Assembly: GCF_018977255.1 (NCBI RefSeq)
Contig: NW_024704743.1
Coordinates: forward strand, 17,858,001 to 17,922,000
From: Callorhinchus milii
Taxonomy: Eukaryota
Direction: 5' to 3'
Length of the DNA stretch: 64,000 nucleotides
The translations under genes were made by a program, and so were the position numbers. Shown piece after piece: positions 29,663 to 39,130 of the stretch. Below the pieces are notes generated by a model. That model was not told the DNA's origin, ran no database searches, and saw only the letters and a program-made list of their open reading frames with translations. The number at the start of each line of letters is the position of its first letter. Within the stretch, counting starts at the first letter, position 1.

Positions 29663-30055
29663 CCCACCCGCCCTCACACACACCATTGGTCCCGGTGACC
29701 TGTCCGTCACAGCCGCCCACTGCCACGTGCCCCGTCTGCTCACTCCGCGGGGGGTGGGGGGGGGCACTGCTGAGCCGCAGTCTGACTGATGACCTGTCTC
29801 ACTGTGTCAGTGCAGTGCCTCCAGACGCTTCCTTCCACCTGATGATCACATCTGCCGTAATCCCTGCCTTTCACACCGAGCCTCGGCGGATCCCGGAGTT
29901 TGTAGGGATTGGCGGCCGCGTTTCACCCACAAAAATATACAGTCAATTCACTTTGCAGTCTATTCTGTGAAGCGCTTCGAGACGTCTAGAAGACGTGATA
30001 ACCTGCCAACAATGCAAGGATCAGTATTGTTATTCCTCCGCCTTGGCCCTTAATA

Positions 30056-30380
30056 ATATAATAATAATAATAATCCTTGCATTTGATATAGCGCTTTTCA
30101 CGTTGGGAGGACGTCCCAAAGCGCTTCACAGAACACACTGTAAAGTGAATTGACTGTATGTTTGTGGGCGAACGCGGCAGCCAATTGCGCACAGCAATGT
30201 CCCACAAACAGTCGTAGATTGAAAATGACCAATTTATTATTGTTTTGGTTTTGGAGGAATTATTATTAGGCTCTGTGTGGAGTAAGGAAACTTGCCCAAG
30301 GTTTCGCCCTCTGCCTGGAATTGAACTCAGGTCTCTCGCTTGCAAAGCGAGTGCTCTAACCACTGAGCTACAGGACTCCA
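30056..30380 (-). mobile_element. tRNA(Ala-like)-headed SINE with L2-type tail, full length, short subfamily
   Basis: Head GGAGTCCTGTAGCTCAGTGGTTAGAGC...GAGTTCAATTCC (A/B boxes), conserved body and (tta)n tail. Near-identical relatives at 22898-23217, 54165-54467 and 9706-9920. Confidence 0.92.
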
Positions 30381-30914
30381 TGTTTCACCCTCAAAAATAT
30401 ACAGTCAGTTGTTTGCCTTGTTTGCCTGTGCTCACATCACACCTGAAGACCTTTCTCTTGCTCCGTGCCTTCTGCCTGAGCAAGTTTGTAAAACGCCTTT
30501 CACATGGGGAGGACGTCCCAAGGCGCTGGACAATCAGTGTTTCGGACTCGAGCTGGGGGTCGGGATCGGGGAAGGTGAAGGGCAGGGGAGCAAAGAGGGT
30601 GATTGAAGGCACGATCGAAGAGGAGAGTCTTGAGACGGGTCTTGAAGGAGACGAGGGAGGGAGCGAGTCTTCAGTCACCTCCTCTATCTCCGTCCAGCTC
30701 AGGCGCCAAACCACACCACTGTTTGTGCGCTCCAAGACGCTACTCCAGGGTGCTTTATAAATGCAAATTGTTGTGATTGTAGGAAGCGCTTTTGAGTCGT
30801 CCTCCTCAAGTGAAAGACACTATATAAATAAATTGTATTCTATTGTGTATTTGGAAGTGCAAGTTTATATCAAATGCAAGGATTATTGTGTAATATATAT
30901 TCTCTGATCTTAGA

Positions 30915-31060
30915 ATTTCAGAGCATGCAGAATTTGGCAAATTCTTAAAATATAGCCTTAATTTTCAGGCAGGCTTTCCGCGGAGCTGTTTAGTACAGAA
31001 AGCTGGCTTCAAAGTTAAGACTGAGTTCAAAAAATTGTCAGATTTTCCAAGCTCTGAAAT
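30915..31060. mobile_element. Small MITE-like element, about 146 bp
   Basis: Perfect 10-bp inverted ends atttcagagc/gctctgaaat extending imperfectly to about 30 bp; diverged inverted copy at about 14812-14960. Confidence 0.6.
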
Positions 31061-32332
31061 AGTATAATATTATGTCAAAAGATCTCAAAGTGTTTCTCAT
31101 GTTTTCTGTAGTGACTGTTTGTAGGAGGATGTGGCAGCTAATTTGCACAAAGCAATTGGTTGTCACATTAACAATATCATCTGCTATTATAAATGTAATA
31201 TTTTATCTTACTTTTGATAAAATATGGAAACTATGTTTGCATGAAAGTGGACATAAAATCTGCTTCAGATGTGGCAACAACAACAACAAAATTACATTTG
31301 TTTAGGTCCTTTCACTTCAGGAGGATGTCTCAAGGCGCTGGACAATCAGTGTTTCGACAGCCAACATAACAAGTCTACAGGAATCCAGGAACTGAACTTA
31401 ATATCGAACAGCCCACTGACATGACAATAACATATTAAGATTAATTGTAAGATCACATTCCACATCAGATAAGACTGTCATTTTATCCTAATTTTACTTA
31501 AGATCATATTTCCTGGCCACTTTCATCTAATTTTTTTTGTCACCCACCATAACATAATATACTGGAATGGATGCAGTGATAATACTTGTCAATACTCTCT
31601 GTCTTCCATTCTCCTTTTTACTCCTTTTACCTCCTATTCTTCATTTTTCATCCTTTTTAATTTTTGTATTTTCCACTTTTTCCCTATAAAGTAACTGTCA
31701 CTGTAATGCCAATATTCCTCCTTAATCCAAATTCACCCAAATTAATTCCATTCAATTTATTTTTATTGTTAATCATCTTTATTGTTTGTGAAACATTGCA
31801 CGTATGGATTGACTGCTGTCTTTACCCATATGAAAAACATTCGATATTAAAGACTTTTGTTGCATTTCCAGATCATGATCCCTTTTTGATTCAATCACTA
31901 ATTTTGGTCCTTCCAGCTTGTGATCAGGTGAATATAAAAGAATCCCTCCTTCCCCGACTAAGGTATATTTCAAAGAAAAGTTAAGTTTTCCTCGTGGTAT
32001 GTTGGTTTATATTCCCTACTTATCAAAATTCATTGCAAAAGTTCTAATAAATTGTTTGTAAGACATTTCTCATTTCTACTTCTTATTAGCTGTCGCATTT
32101 GCCTCCTTGGCATCATTCACTTCATTTCTAATTAATCTCATGCTCTAACTTTTGTTTACTTTTAACTGAAAGGCATCACATGAATATAACTTGTGTGAAT
32201 AAAGTCTCCATGGCTACAAATCAAGTCCTCTTTTCTGATCTGGTAACATGCAGTCAATAGGGTGACTTTCTGAATTTCCTGCAATATTATATTGTGCAGT
32301 GCAATGCTGGTAAAGACCTTAAAAAGAGACCA

Positions 32333-32856
32333 AACAACAACAACAACAACAAGATTCCATTTATAGAGCGCCTTTCACGTCAGGAGGACGTCCCAAGGCG
32401 CTGGACAGTTGGGTCAGGACCCGAGCAGAGGGGAAATGGTCAGGGTGAGGGGAGGGAAGGGAGGGAGCGAGGAGGGGGCAGACAGTCAAGAGGGGAGCTG
32501 AAGTCACGGTTGAAGAGAAAGGTCTCGAGACCGGCCTTGAAGGAGGAAAGGGAGGAGGCGGCGAAGGCACTGGGGGATGGAGTTCCAGAGCCTGGGGGCT
32601 GAGAGGCTGAAGGCCCGGCCACCGATGGTAGGGCGGTTGGGGCGGGGGATGTGGAGCAGACCGGAGCCAGAGGAACGGAGGGTACGGGCAGGTAAGTAGG
32701 GGGATAGTAGGTCGGAGAGGTAGGAGGGAGCAAGGCCGTGAATAGCCTTGTAGGTGAGGATGAGGATCTTGAATTCGATCCTCTGGGGGATGGGGAGCCA
32801 GTGGAGGCGACGAGGGTGGGAGTGATGTGGTGAGAGCCTGGTGCGGGACAGTACAC
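32333..32856 (-). mobile_element. L2 LINE 3' fragment (relatively young subfamily)
   Basis: (caa)n tail; nearly collinear with the copy at 61918-62584. Confidence 0.9.
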
Positions 32857-33351
32857 AGTGTTTAAAACAGTGGTTCAGGATGGTATTAAAATGGTGTTAA
32901 TGTGCACACGGTATTTTGTTATTGATGCCATTGCATTTTAAAACTAAACTGTAAAATTTTGCAGAAGAAAGTGCAAACAAGATCTCCCATTACTAAACAT
33001 TAGAGAATTTAAATTCAGTTTTCTTCATCGGCTTGGAAGATTGCACAATTCCTTTTTTTTGGGTCAGCCGAGTGTCTTACACATGCGGAAATCCATCACT
33101 ATGTGTAAGAGTATTCAAACCAAACTGACATTTCCAGTATCCCACCTACACATAGAAATCCCAGAGATAGATTGTTGGAATGGAATGCACTCTCTCTCTG
33201 GGACATCCTCGTGATGTGAAAGGTGCAATACAAATGTAATTTGTTGTTGTTGAAGAGATGCATCCTGCTTACCTAATTCTGGAAAGTTTGGCGAGAGCCA
33301 AGGCTTTGGGCCCCCAGAGTGTGCAGTCTAACCAGATAAAATGCCAAAGCT

Positions 33352-33740
33352 TAATAATAATAATTGTTGCATTTGATATAAAGTCTTACCACACCTTCGA
33401 GACATTTCAAAGCACTTCACAGGATACACTGCAAAGTGTAGTGACTATGTGTTTTGTGGGAGAATGTGGCAGCCCATTCTGCACAATGAAGTCCCACAAA
33501 CAGTTGTGGATTGAGTGACCACATTGTTATTATTATTATGAAGGGATTATTACCCCAGGAAAGTGATCCACCAATCAACAAACATGCAGGTTCCAACTTA
33601 CTGCTAGGTAAACAGAGGCGTGTGTGTGTGGAGTAAGGAAACTTGCCTTAGGTTTCGGCCTGTCTCGAGCGGGAATTGAACCCAGGTCCTCTCACTTGCG
33701 AGGCGAGCGCTCTAACCACTGAGCTACATGCAGGATTCCA
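33352..33740 (-). mobile_element. tRNA-headed SINE (long subfamily)
   Basis: Same family. Confidence 0.85.
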
Positions 33741-33889
33741 TTGATATTATAACACAACAAAGATACACTGAATATACAATAATTCAAAATAATATCAAGA
33801 ATATACAAAACAGTTTTCATACAATCAACTCTAAACCTGCATACGATCAAATAATTTTACTTTACATACATTTCCTTGACACTTAGAAG

Positions 33890-34490
33890 ACCATTAAATA
33901 TCTTCAACCCTCAGCTATCCTTCAAACCCCACATTTGTGCCGTGACCCGTTCCACCTTTCCCCACCTCTGCAATATTGGCCGCCTCCACCACTGCCTCTC
34001 ACCGCAGGCTGCTGAGACCCTGATCCACGCTTTCATCACGTCCCGTCTTGACTACGCCAACTGCCTGCTCACTGGGATTCTCAACTCTTCCCTCCACACG
34101 CTGCAGATTATTTAGAGCTCTGCAGCTCGTGTCCTCTCCCGCACCAGGAACCAATCACCCTGTTCTTGCCCGGCTTCAGTGGCTCCCCATCGCTCAGACA
34201 ATCGAGTAGAAAACCCATGTTTTCACTTTCAAAGCCCTCCGCGTCTTCTTGCCCCCTACCTCTCCGACCTCCTAACCACATATCAGCCTGTCCGCTTCCT
34301 CCGCTCAGTGGACCACGGCTGCTTCAGGCCCTCCGCACTTCCCGCCGCACCATTGACGGTTAGACATTCAGCATTTCTGCCCCAACACTCTGGAACTTTA
34401 TCCTGCTATTCCTTTGCCTCACCCCCACTCGTGCCTCCTTCAAATACCATCTAAAAACCTTCCTCTTTGACCGTGCCTTTGGCCATCCTT
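33890..34490 (+). mobile_element. L2 LINE fragment
   Basis: AAETLIHAFITSRLDYANCLL remnant of the RT C-terminal region. Confidence 0.88.
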
Positions 34491-34494
34491 CAAA

Positions 34495-34720
34495 TTCAGT
34501 TGTGGCAAGTTGAAGACACCACCCAAGGGTATCTCTATCAAGCGTGTTGCGATGATTGGACTTTTCAATGCAGAGACACGCGTTTTCACAAATGCATGTG
34601 CTTGCAAACATAGAACCCATCTTCAGTGCAAGATCATTTAATTTAGGAGAACGATCCTTAGGAATAACTTTCCAAACGTTTTCGTGAATCTCATTCTTCT
34701 TTGAGATGAACATCGGGTCA
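34495..34720 (-). mobile_element. hAT (Charlie/SPIN-like) transposase C-terminal relic
   Basis: ENVWKVIPKDRSPKLNDLALKMGSMFASTCICE...KSNHRNTL...LQLATT resembles the hAT C-terminal dimerisation region. Confidence 0.75.
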
Positions 34721-35895
34721 GGGGCGGCAGCCAAACGGGCACGCCGAGACTGGGCATCATCAGCCCGCGGACGTAGCTGGAAGGATGACACTCATAGTGT
34801 TACAGGTTGCCTGACCTAGTAAATAATTCAGAGAGGATTGAGAGATTTGAGAGAGAAAGAGGGGAGAGAAGCGAGAGAGGACCGGAAGGGATCCCTTGCT
34901 TTGGTATAGTTTAATTTGAAAAATAGAACTATCCTTTTTAATGTAAGGACGTTAAAAGTAAGATGTTATATCAAATTCAAGGATATATATTATTTAATAA
35001 ATATTCAATTGCACCACTATTCAGCTGAATCTGGATTAAGGCATAAACTTAATATGACGTTGAACCTCACAGAGTATTATGTTTGTAGCACCACCATCTG
35101 TTCTCAAACCGAATACAGGTGAATGTGATAGCTTTTACTGCACAGTGATGTCGTTCCATCTACTGGACAGATGCATAAGAACAGAACCCAAGGATTTAAG
35201 AGCAAGTAAAATTTAACCCCGATACCATTAAATACTCCCAAAGCCACATTAGGGAAACATTTCTGAAATAAGACCTCATATAAGCGTAGCTATCAAAGTA
35301 TTTACCATTTTTTAACGCATAATATGATTTAAGATAACATTTTCCAAAGTAGCAAAAGCAAATCCAAAACCTAAAAAAAAAGACTTTCTTTGGAGGGGAG
35401 TATTTCTTGGCACTATATTACAGTCGGATTAAAAACAAAGTTTGGAAGTTATTTCTACGCCGTTGTGGGACATTGCTGCCGCCGTTGCCTACAAAATACA
35501 CAGTCACTCCACTTCACAGTGATTCCTGTGAAGCACTTTGATACAACAACAACAACAAAATTGCACTGATAGCGAGAGTGCCTTTCACGTCGGGCGGACG
35601 CCCCAAAGCGCTATTATCAAACACAAGGATCATAGGTACAAACTGAACACATTTCACTGTGTTCGGGCGACAGATTCACACCCTCCTGAATGGACCGCAC
35701 CCTTTCGAAGCCTCTGAGGCGCCGTCCGGCGTGAAGGGCGCTGTATAAAGCCGAGTTGTTGTTGTTGTTGCTGAATAATAATAATAATAATAATAAATAA
35801 TAAATAATAATGAATCACAAGGCAGTTTAATTACACCATTGAGGGAGGGGAGGGGAGGGCCACCACCTGCCACTGCTGCTGGATCCTGTTCCCAT

Positions 35896-36632
35896 GGGGA
35901 TCGCCATGGAGACTCTGTGATTGACAGGGCTTGAGGGGAGGGAGGGGGAGACGGGATCGCCATGGAGACTCTGTGATTGACAGGGCTTGAGGGGAGGGAG
36001 GGGGAGACGGGATCGCCATGGAGACACTGTGATTGACAGGGCTTGAGGGGAGGGAGGGGGAGACGGGATCGCCATGGAGACTCTGTGATTGACAGGGCTG
36101 GGGGGGGGGAGGGAGGGGGAGACGGGATCGCCATGGAGACTCTGTGATTGACAGGGCTGGGGGGCGGGGAGAGGGAGGGGGAGGAGGGAGACGGGATCGC
36201 CATGGAGACACTGTGATTGACAGGGCTTGGGGGGAGGGAGGGGGAAACGGATCGCCATGGAGACACTGTGATTGACAGGGCGGGGGGAGGGAGGGGAGGT
36301 GGGAGACGGGATCGCCATGGAGACACTGTGATTGACAGGGCGGGGCGGGGTAGGAGGGAGACGGGATCGCCATGGAGACACTGTGATTGACAGGGCGGGG
36401 CGGGGTAGGAGGGAGACGGGATCGCCATGGAGACACTGTGATTGACAGGGCGGGGCGGGGTAGGAGGGAGACGGGATCGCCATGGAGACACTGTGATTGA
36501 CAGGGCGGGGGGAGGGAGGGGAGGTGGGAGACGGGATCGCCATGGAGACACTGTGATTGACAGGGCGGGGGGGAGGAGAGAGGGGGAGGAGGGAGACGGG
36601 ATCGCCATGGAGACACTGTGATTGACAGGCGG
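35896..36632. repeat. G-rich minisatellite, about 55-67 bp unit with constant core gggatcgccatggagac(a/t)ctgtgattgacagg, 13 copies
   Basis: 13 TGATTGACAG-containing cores counted, separated by variable G/A-rich linkers. Confidence 0.97.
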
Positions 36633-36714
36633 CTGACCCCGTGACCGGCTCGCCAGACGATCAGCTGAGTGAGAGCTGTCGGACAGACAGACGAGCGGCG
36701 CAGTGCGGGCGGCC

Positions 36715-36824
36715 ATGGCGACCTTCAGCCTGGGGCTGGGCCTGGGCCTGGGCCTGGGGCTGCTGCTCGCCCTGTTGACACGTGCGACTGCCGGACCTTT
36801 GCACGCGCAGTGCTCGGTGAAATG
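36715..36824 (+). CDS. Uncharacterised secreted Cys-rich protein, exon 1 (signal peptide; MATFSLGLGLGLGLGLLLALLTRATAGPLHAQCSVK-W)
   Basis: Strong Kozak context gcggccATGG in a CpG island, hydrophobic leader with an A-T-A cleavage-type site, donor TG|gtaggc, phase 2. Confidence 0.88.
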
Positions 36825-36924
36825 GTAGGCAGTGTCCGCAACCCCGCGCTGCGTCTAACGTGAGGGGCGGCATAGCATTATCAGCTGCAAATTGCTGCTG
36901 TGGTCTTCACGTGATTGACACGTG

Positions 36925-38870
36925 GGTGGGGTGTGGGGGGGGTGTGGGGAAGCGGAGATGGAAAGCGCGGTCGAGGAGGAGGGTCTTGAGGTGGGTCTTG
37001 AAGATGGCGAGGGAAGGGGCCGAGGCGAGGGAGGGGGCCGAGGCGAGGGGCTGCGGGATGGAGTTCCAGAGGGTGGGGGCAGAGTGGCGGAAGGCCCGGC
37101 CGCCGAAAACGGGGCGAGCGAGGAGGGGGACGTGAAGCAGGCGCCGGAGCCGGAGCCCGCTGAGCGAGGGGGCGAACAGGATGGTAGGGGGTTAGGGGGT
37201 CGGAGAGGTAGGGGGGGGAGCAAGACTGTGGAGGGCTTTGCAGGTGAGGACCAGGATCTTGAACTGTATCCTCTGTGTGATGGGAAGCCGGTGGGATCGG
37301 GCGAGGGTGGGCGTGATAGGGTCTCGGAGCCTGGTGCGGGAGAGGGACACGGGATGATCTGCGGTCTACGGAGGGAGGAGTCGGGGAGGCCGACCAAGCA
37401 GTGAGTTTGATTAGTCGAGCCTCGATGTTGTGAATGCGTGTATGGGTTTCGGGAGCCTGCGGTGTGAGACAGTGTCGGAGCCGAGCGATGTTGCGGAGGT
37501 GGGGGAAGGCAGAGCGGGTCATGGCGCGGATGTGGGGTAGAAAGGATAGTTGAGGGTCAAACAAGACCCCAAGGTTCCGGACTGGCTCAGTGAGGTGGAG
37601 TGCACATCCACGGATGGTGATGCTGTCAGCGCCTGAGGTGAGGAAGCGCTGACAGGAGCCTATCAGGTGGACCTCGGTCTTGTTGACGTTCAACTGTAGA
37701 AAGTAGCTCTCATCCAGGACTTGATGTCTAACAGTCATTCTATCAGGACAGCAGTGGTCCTGGAGTCGAGGGTGGAGGCAGAGAGATAGAGTCGGGTGTC
37801 ATCCGCATATATGTGGAAGTTGACCCCATGTCTGTGGATGATGTCACCAAGAGGGAGCATATATATATTGAAGAGGAGGGGATCAAGGACCTCTCCTGAG
37901 GAACGCCGCATGAGAAGGTGTGGGGGCTAGAGGAGAAACGGTTTGTGGAGATGAAGCGGAGAGGATGTGAGAGGTACGATCTGAACCAGTGAAGGACAGA
38001 GCCGTGAAGGTTGAGGTGAGAGGAGAGAGGGAGGATGAGGGTAAAATAGTCGACGGTGTCGAAGGCAGCAGAGAGGTCAAGGAGGACGAGGAGGTAGAGG
38101 GAGCCCTGGTCGCAGATGGACAGAATGTCATTGGTCACTTTGACCGGGGCTGTTTCTGTGCTGTGGGCGGACTTGAAACAGGCCGGAGCAGGAGGGTGAT
38201 CGAAAACATGGTTGAAGAGAGTCTTGAGATGGGTCTTGAAGGAGGCAAGGGAGGGGGGCGAGGCGGAGGGACTGCAGGATGGAGTTCCAGAGAGTGGGGG
38301 CAGAGTGGCTGAAGGCCAGGGTGGGGGTTCGTGAAGGGAGTGGCCGGAGAGGAAGGAGCGAAGCTGGGAAGCAACAACTTGTTCCAGGACCTTGGAGAGG
38401 AAAGGGAGGTTGGTGATGGAGCTGTAGTTTGAGAGCAGGAATGTGTCCAGCGATGGGTGTGATGAAGGCTGTTTTTAAAGGGATGGGAATGGTACCAGTG
38501 GACTGGGAGAGGTTTATGATGTCTGAGTAGAAGGGAAAGAAGGTGGAGCTGGGAGGTAAGGAGAGGATTAGGAATGGGGTCGAGGGAGCAGGTGGTCGGT
38601 TTCATGCGGGTTATAGTGGTGATGTGAGAGGAGTGGGAGACAGGTCTGGTTCGAAGGTGTGGATGGAGGGATGGGTAGGGGCTAGGGTGTGACAGGGAGA
38701 TGGGGAGAGGGGGTATAGACGGTTTGGCAGAGGCAGTTGAGCGGATCCCCTTGACTTTGGATTTGAGGATGTCCAGCATCGCCTTGCAGTTGGCATTGGA
38801 GATGAGGATGGGTGAGGCATGAGAGGGTGGGCGGAGGAGCCGGTTGGTAATGAATGGCTTGCTGTCCGCT
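36925..38870 (-). mobile_element. L2-clade LINE, degraded ORF2/RT portion, in intron 1 of the plus-strand gene
   Basis: Frameshifted translations include LLVLLDLSAAFDTVD, YADD (about 37800-37811), FLQLNVNKTE and VRNLGVLFDPQLSF. The 3' part matches the other L2 copies. Confidence 0.92.
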
Positions 38871-39021
38871 TTTGGCTGCGTCATGGTTCTTCTTTTTCAT
38901 ATTGTACCTTTTTTTTCTTCAGTGAATGAGTCAGGACCAGGTAGAATGCAGCACAGTGGTCTTTGCTGGCCCTGTTCTGGTGTTGACTTTTTCTCTTCAA
39001 CCTGCTTTTTCTTCTTCACAG

Positions 39022-39130
39022 GACCTTTGGCGTTTCTTGCGCAAATGTGTATGAGGAGTTGGTAACACAAATCAAGAAGTGGAAAACTGCAGAAAATTGT
39101 GCTCATGGAGGGGAGAAATGTTTGTATACT
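39022..39130 (+). CDS. Uncharacterised secreted protein, exon 2 (W-TFGVSCANVYEELVTQIKKWKTAENCAHGGEKCLYT)
   Basis: Polypyrimidine tract plus cacag acceptor and gtaagt donor; 109 bp, phase 2 to 0, completing the TG|G Trp codon from exon 1. Confidence 0.92.

Larger units (their letters stand above)
28336..29920 (-). promoter_or_regulatory. CpG-island putative STEAP1 promoter region
   Basis: CpG-rich region upstream of the STEAP1 coding exons, with GC boxes and TGATTGACAG on the minus strand, CCAAT (plus ATTGG, about 29685) and CACGTG (about 29724). Confidence 0.5.
35880..36930 (+). promoter_or_regulatory. CpG-island promoter region of the plus-strand gene
   Basis: High GC and CpG density around exon 1, with GC boxes, TGATTGACAG decamers, X-box-like ATCGCCATGGAGAC and CACGTG E-boxes. 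Confidence 0.6.

Noticed and set aside
28329..29970. Pro-rich ORFs of 486 and 529 aa
   Set aside because: Read-through of the 34-35 bp minisatellite; the same three peptides cycle through all frames.
35896..36632. CRISPR-like pattern (constant ~35-bp repeat with variable spacers) and overlapping 238-346 aa ORFs
   Set aside because: The linkers are low-complexity G/A runs related to one another, there are no cas genes and the context is vertebrate. It is a minisatellite and the ORFs are artefacts.
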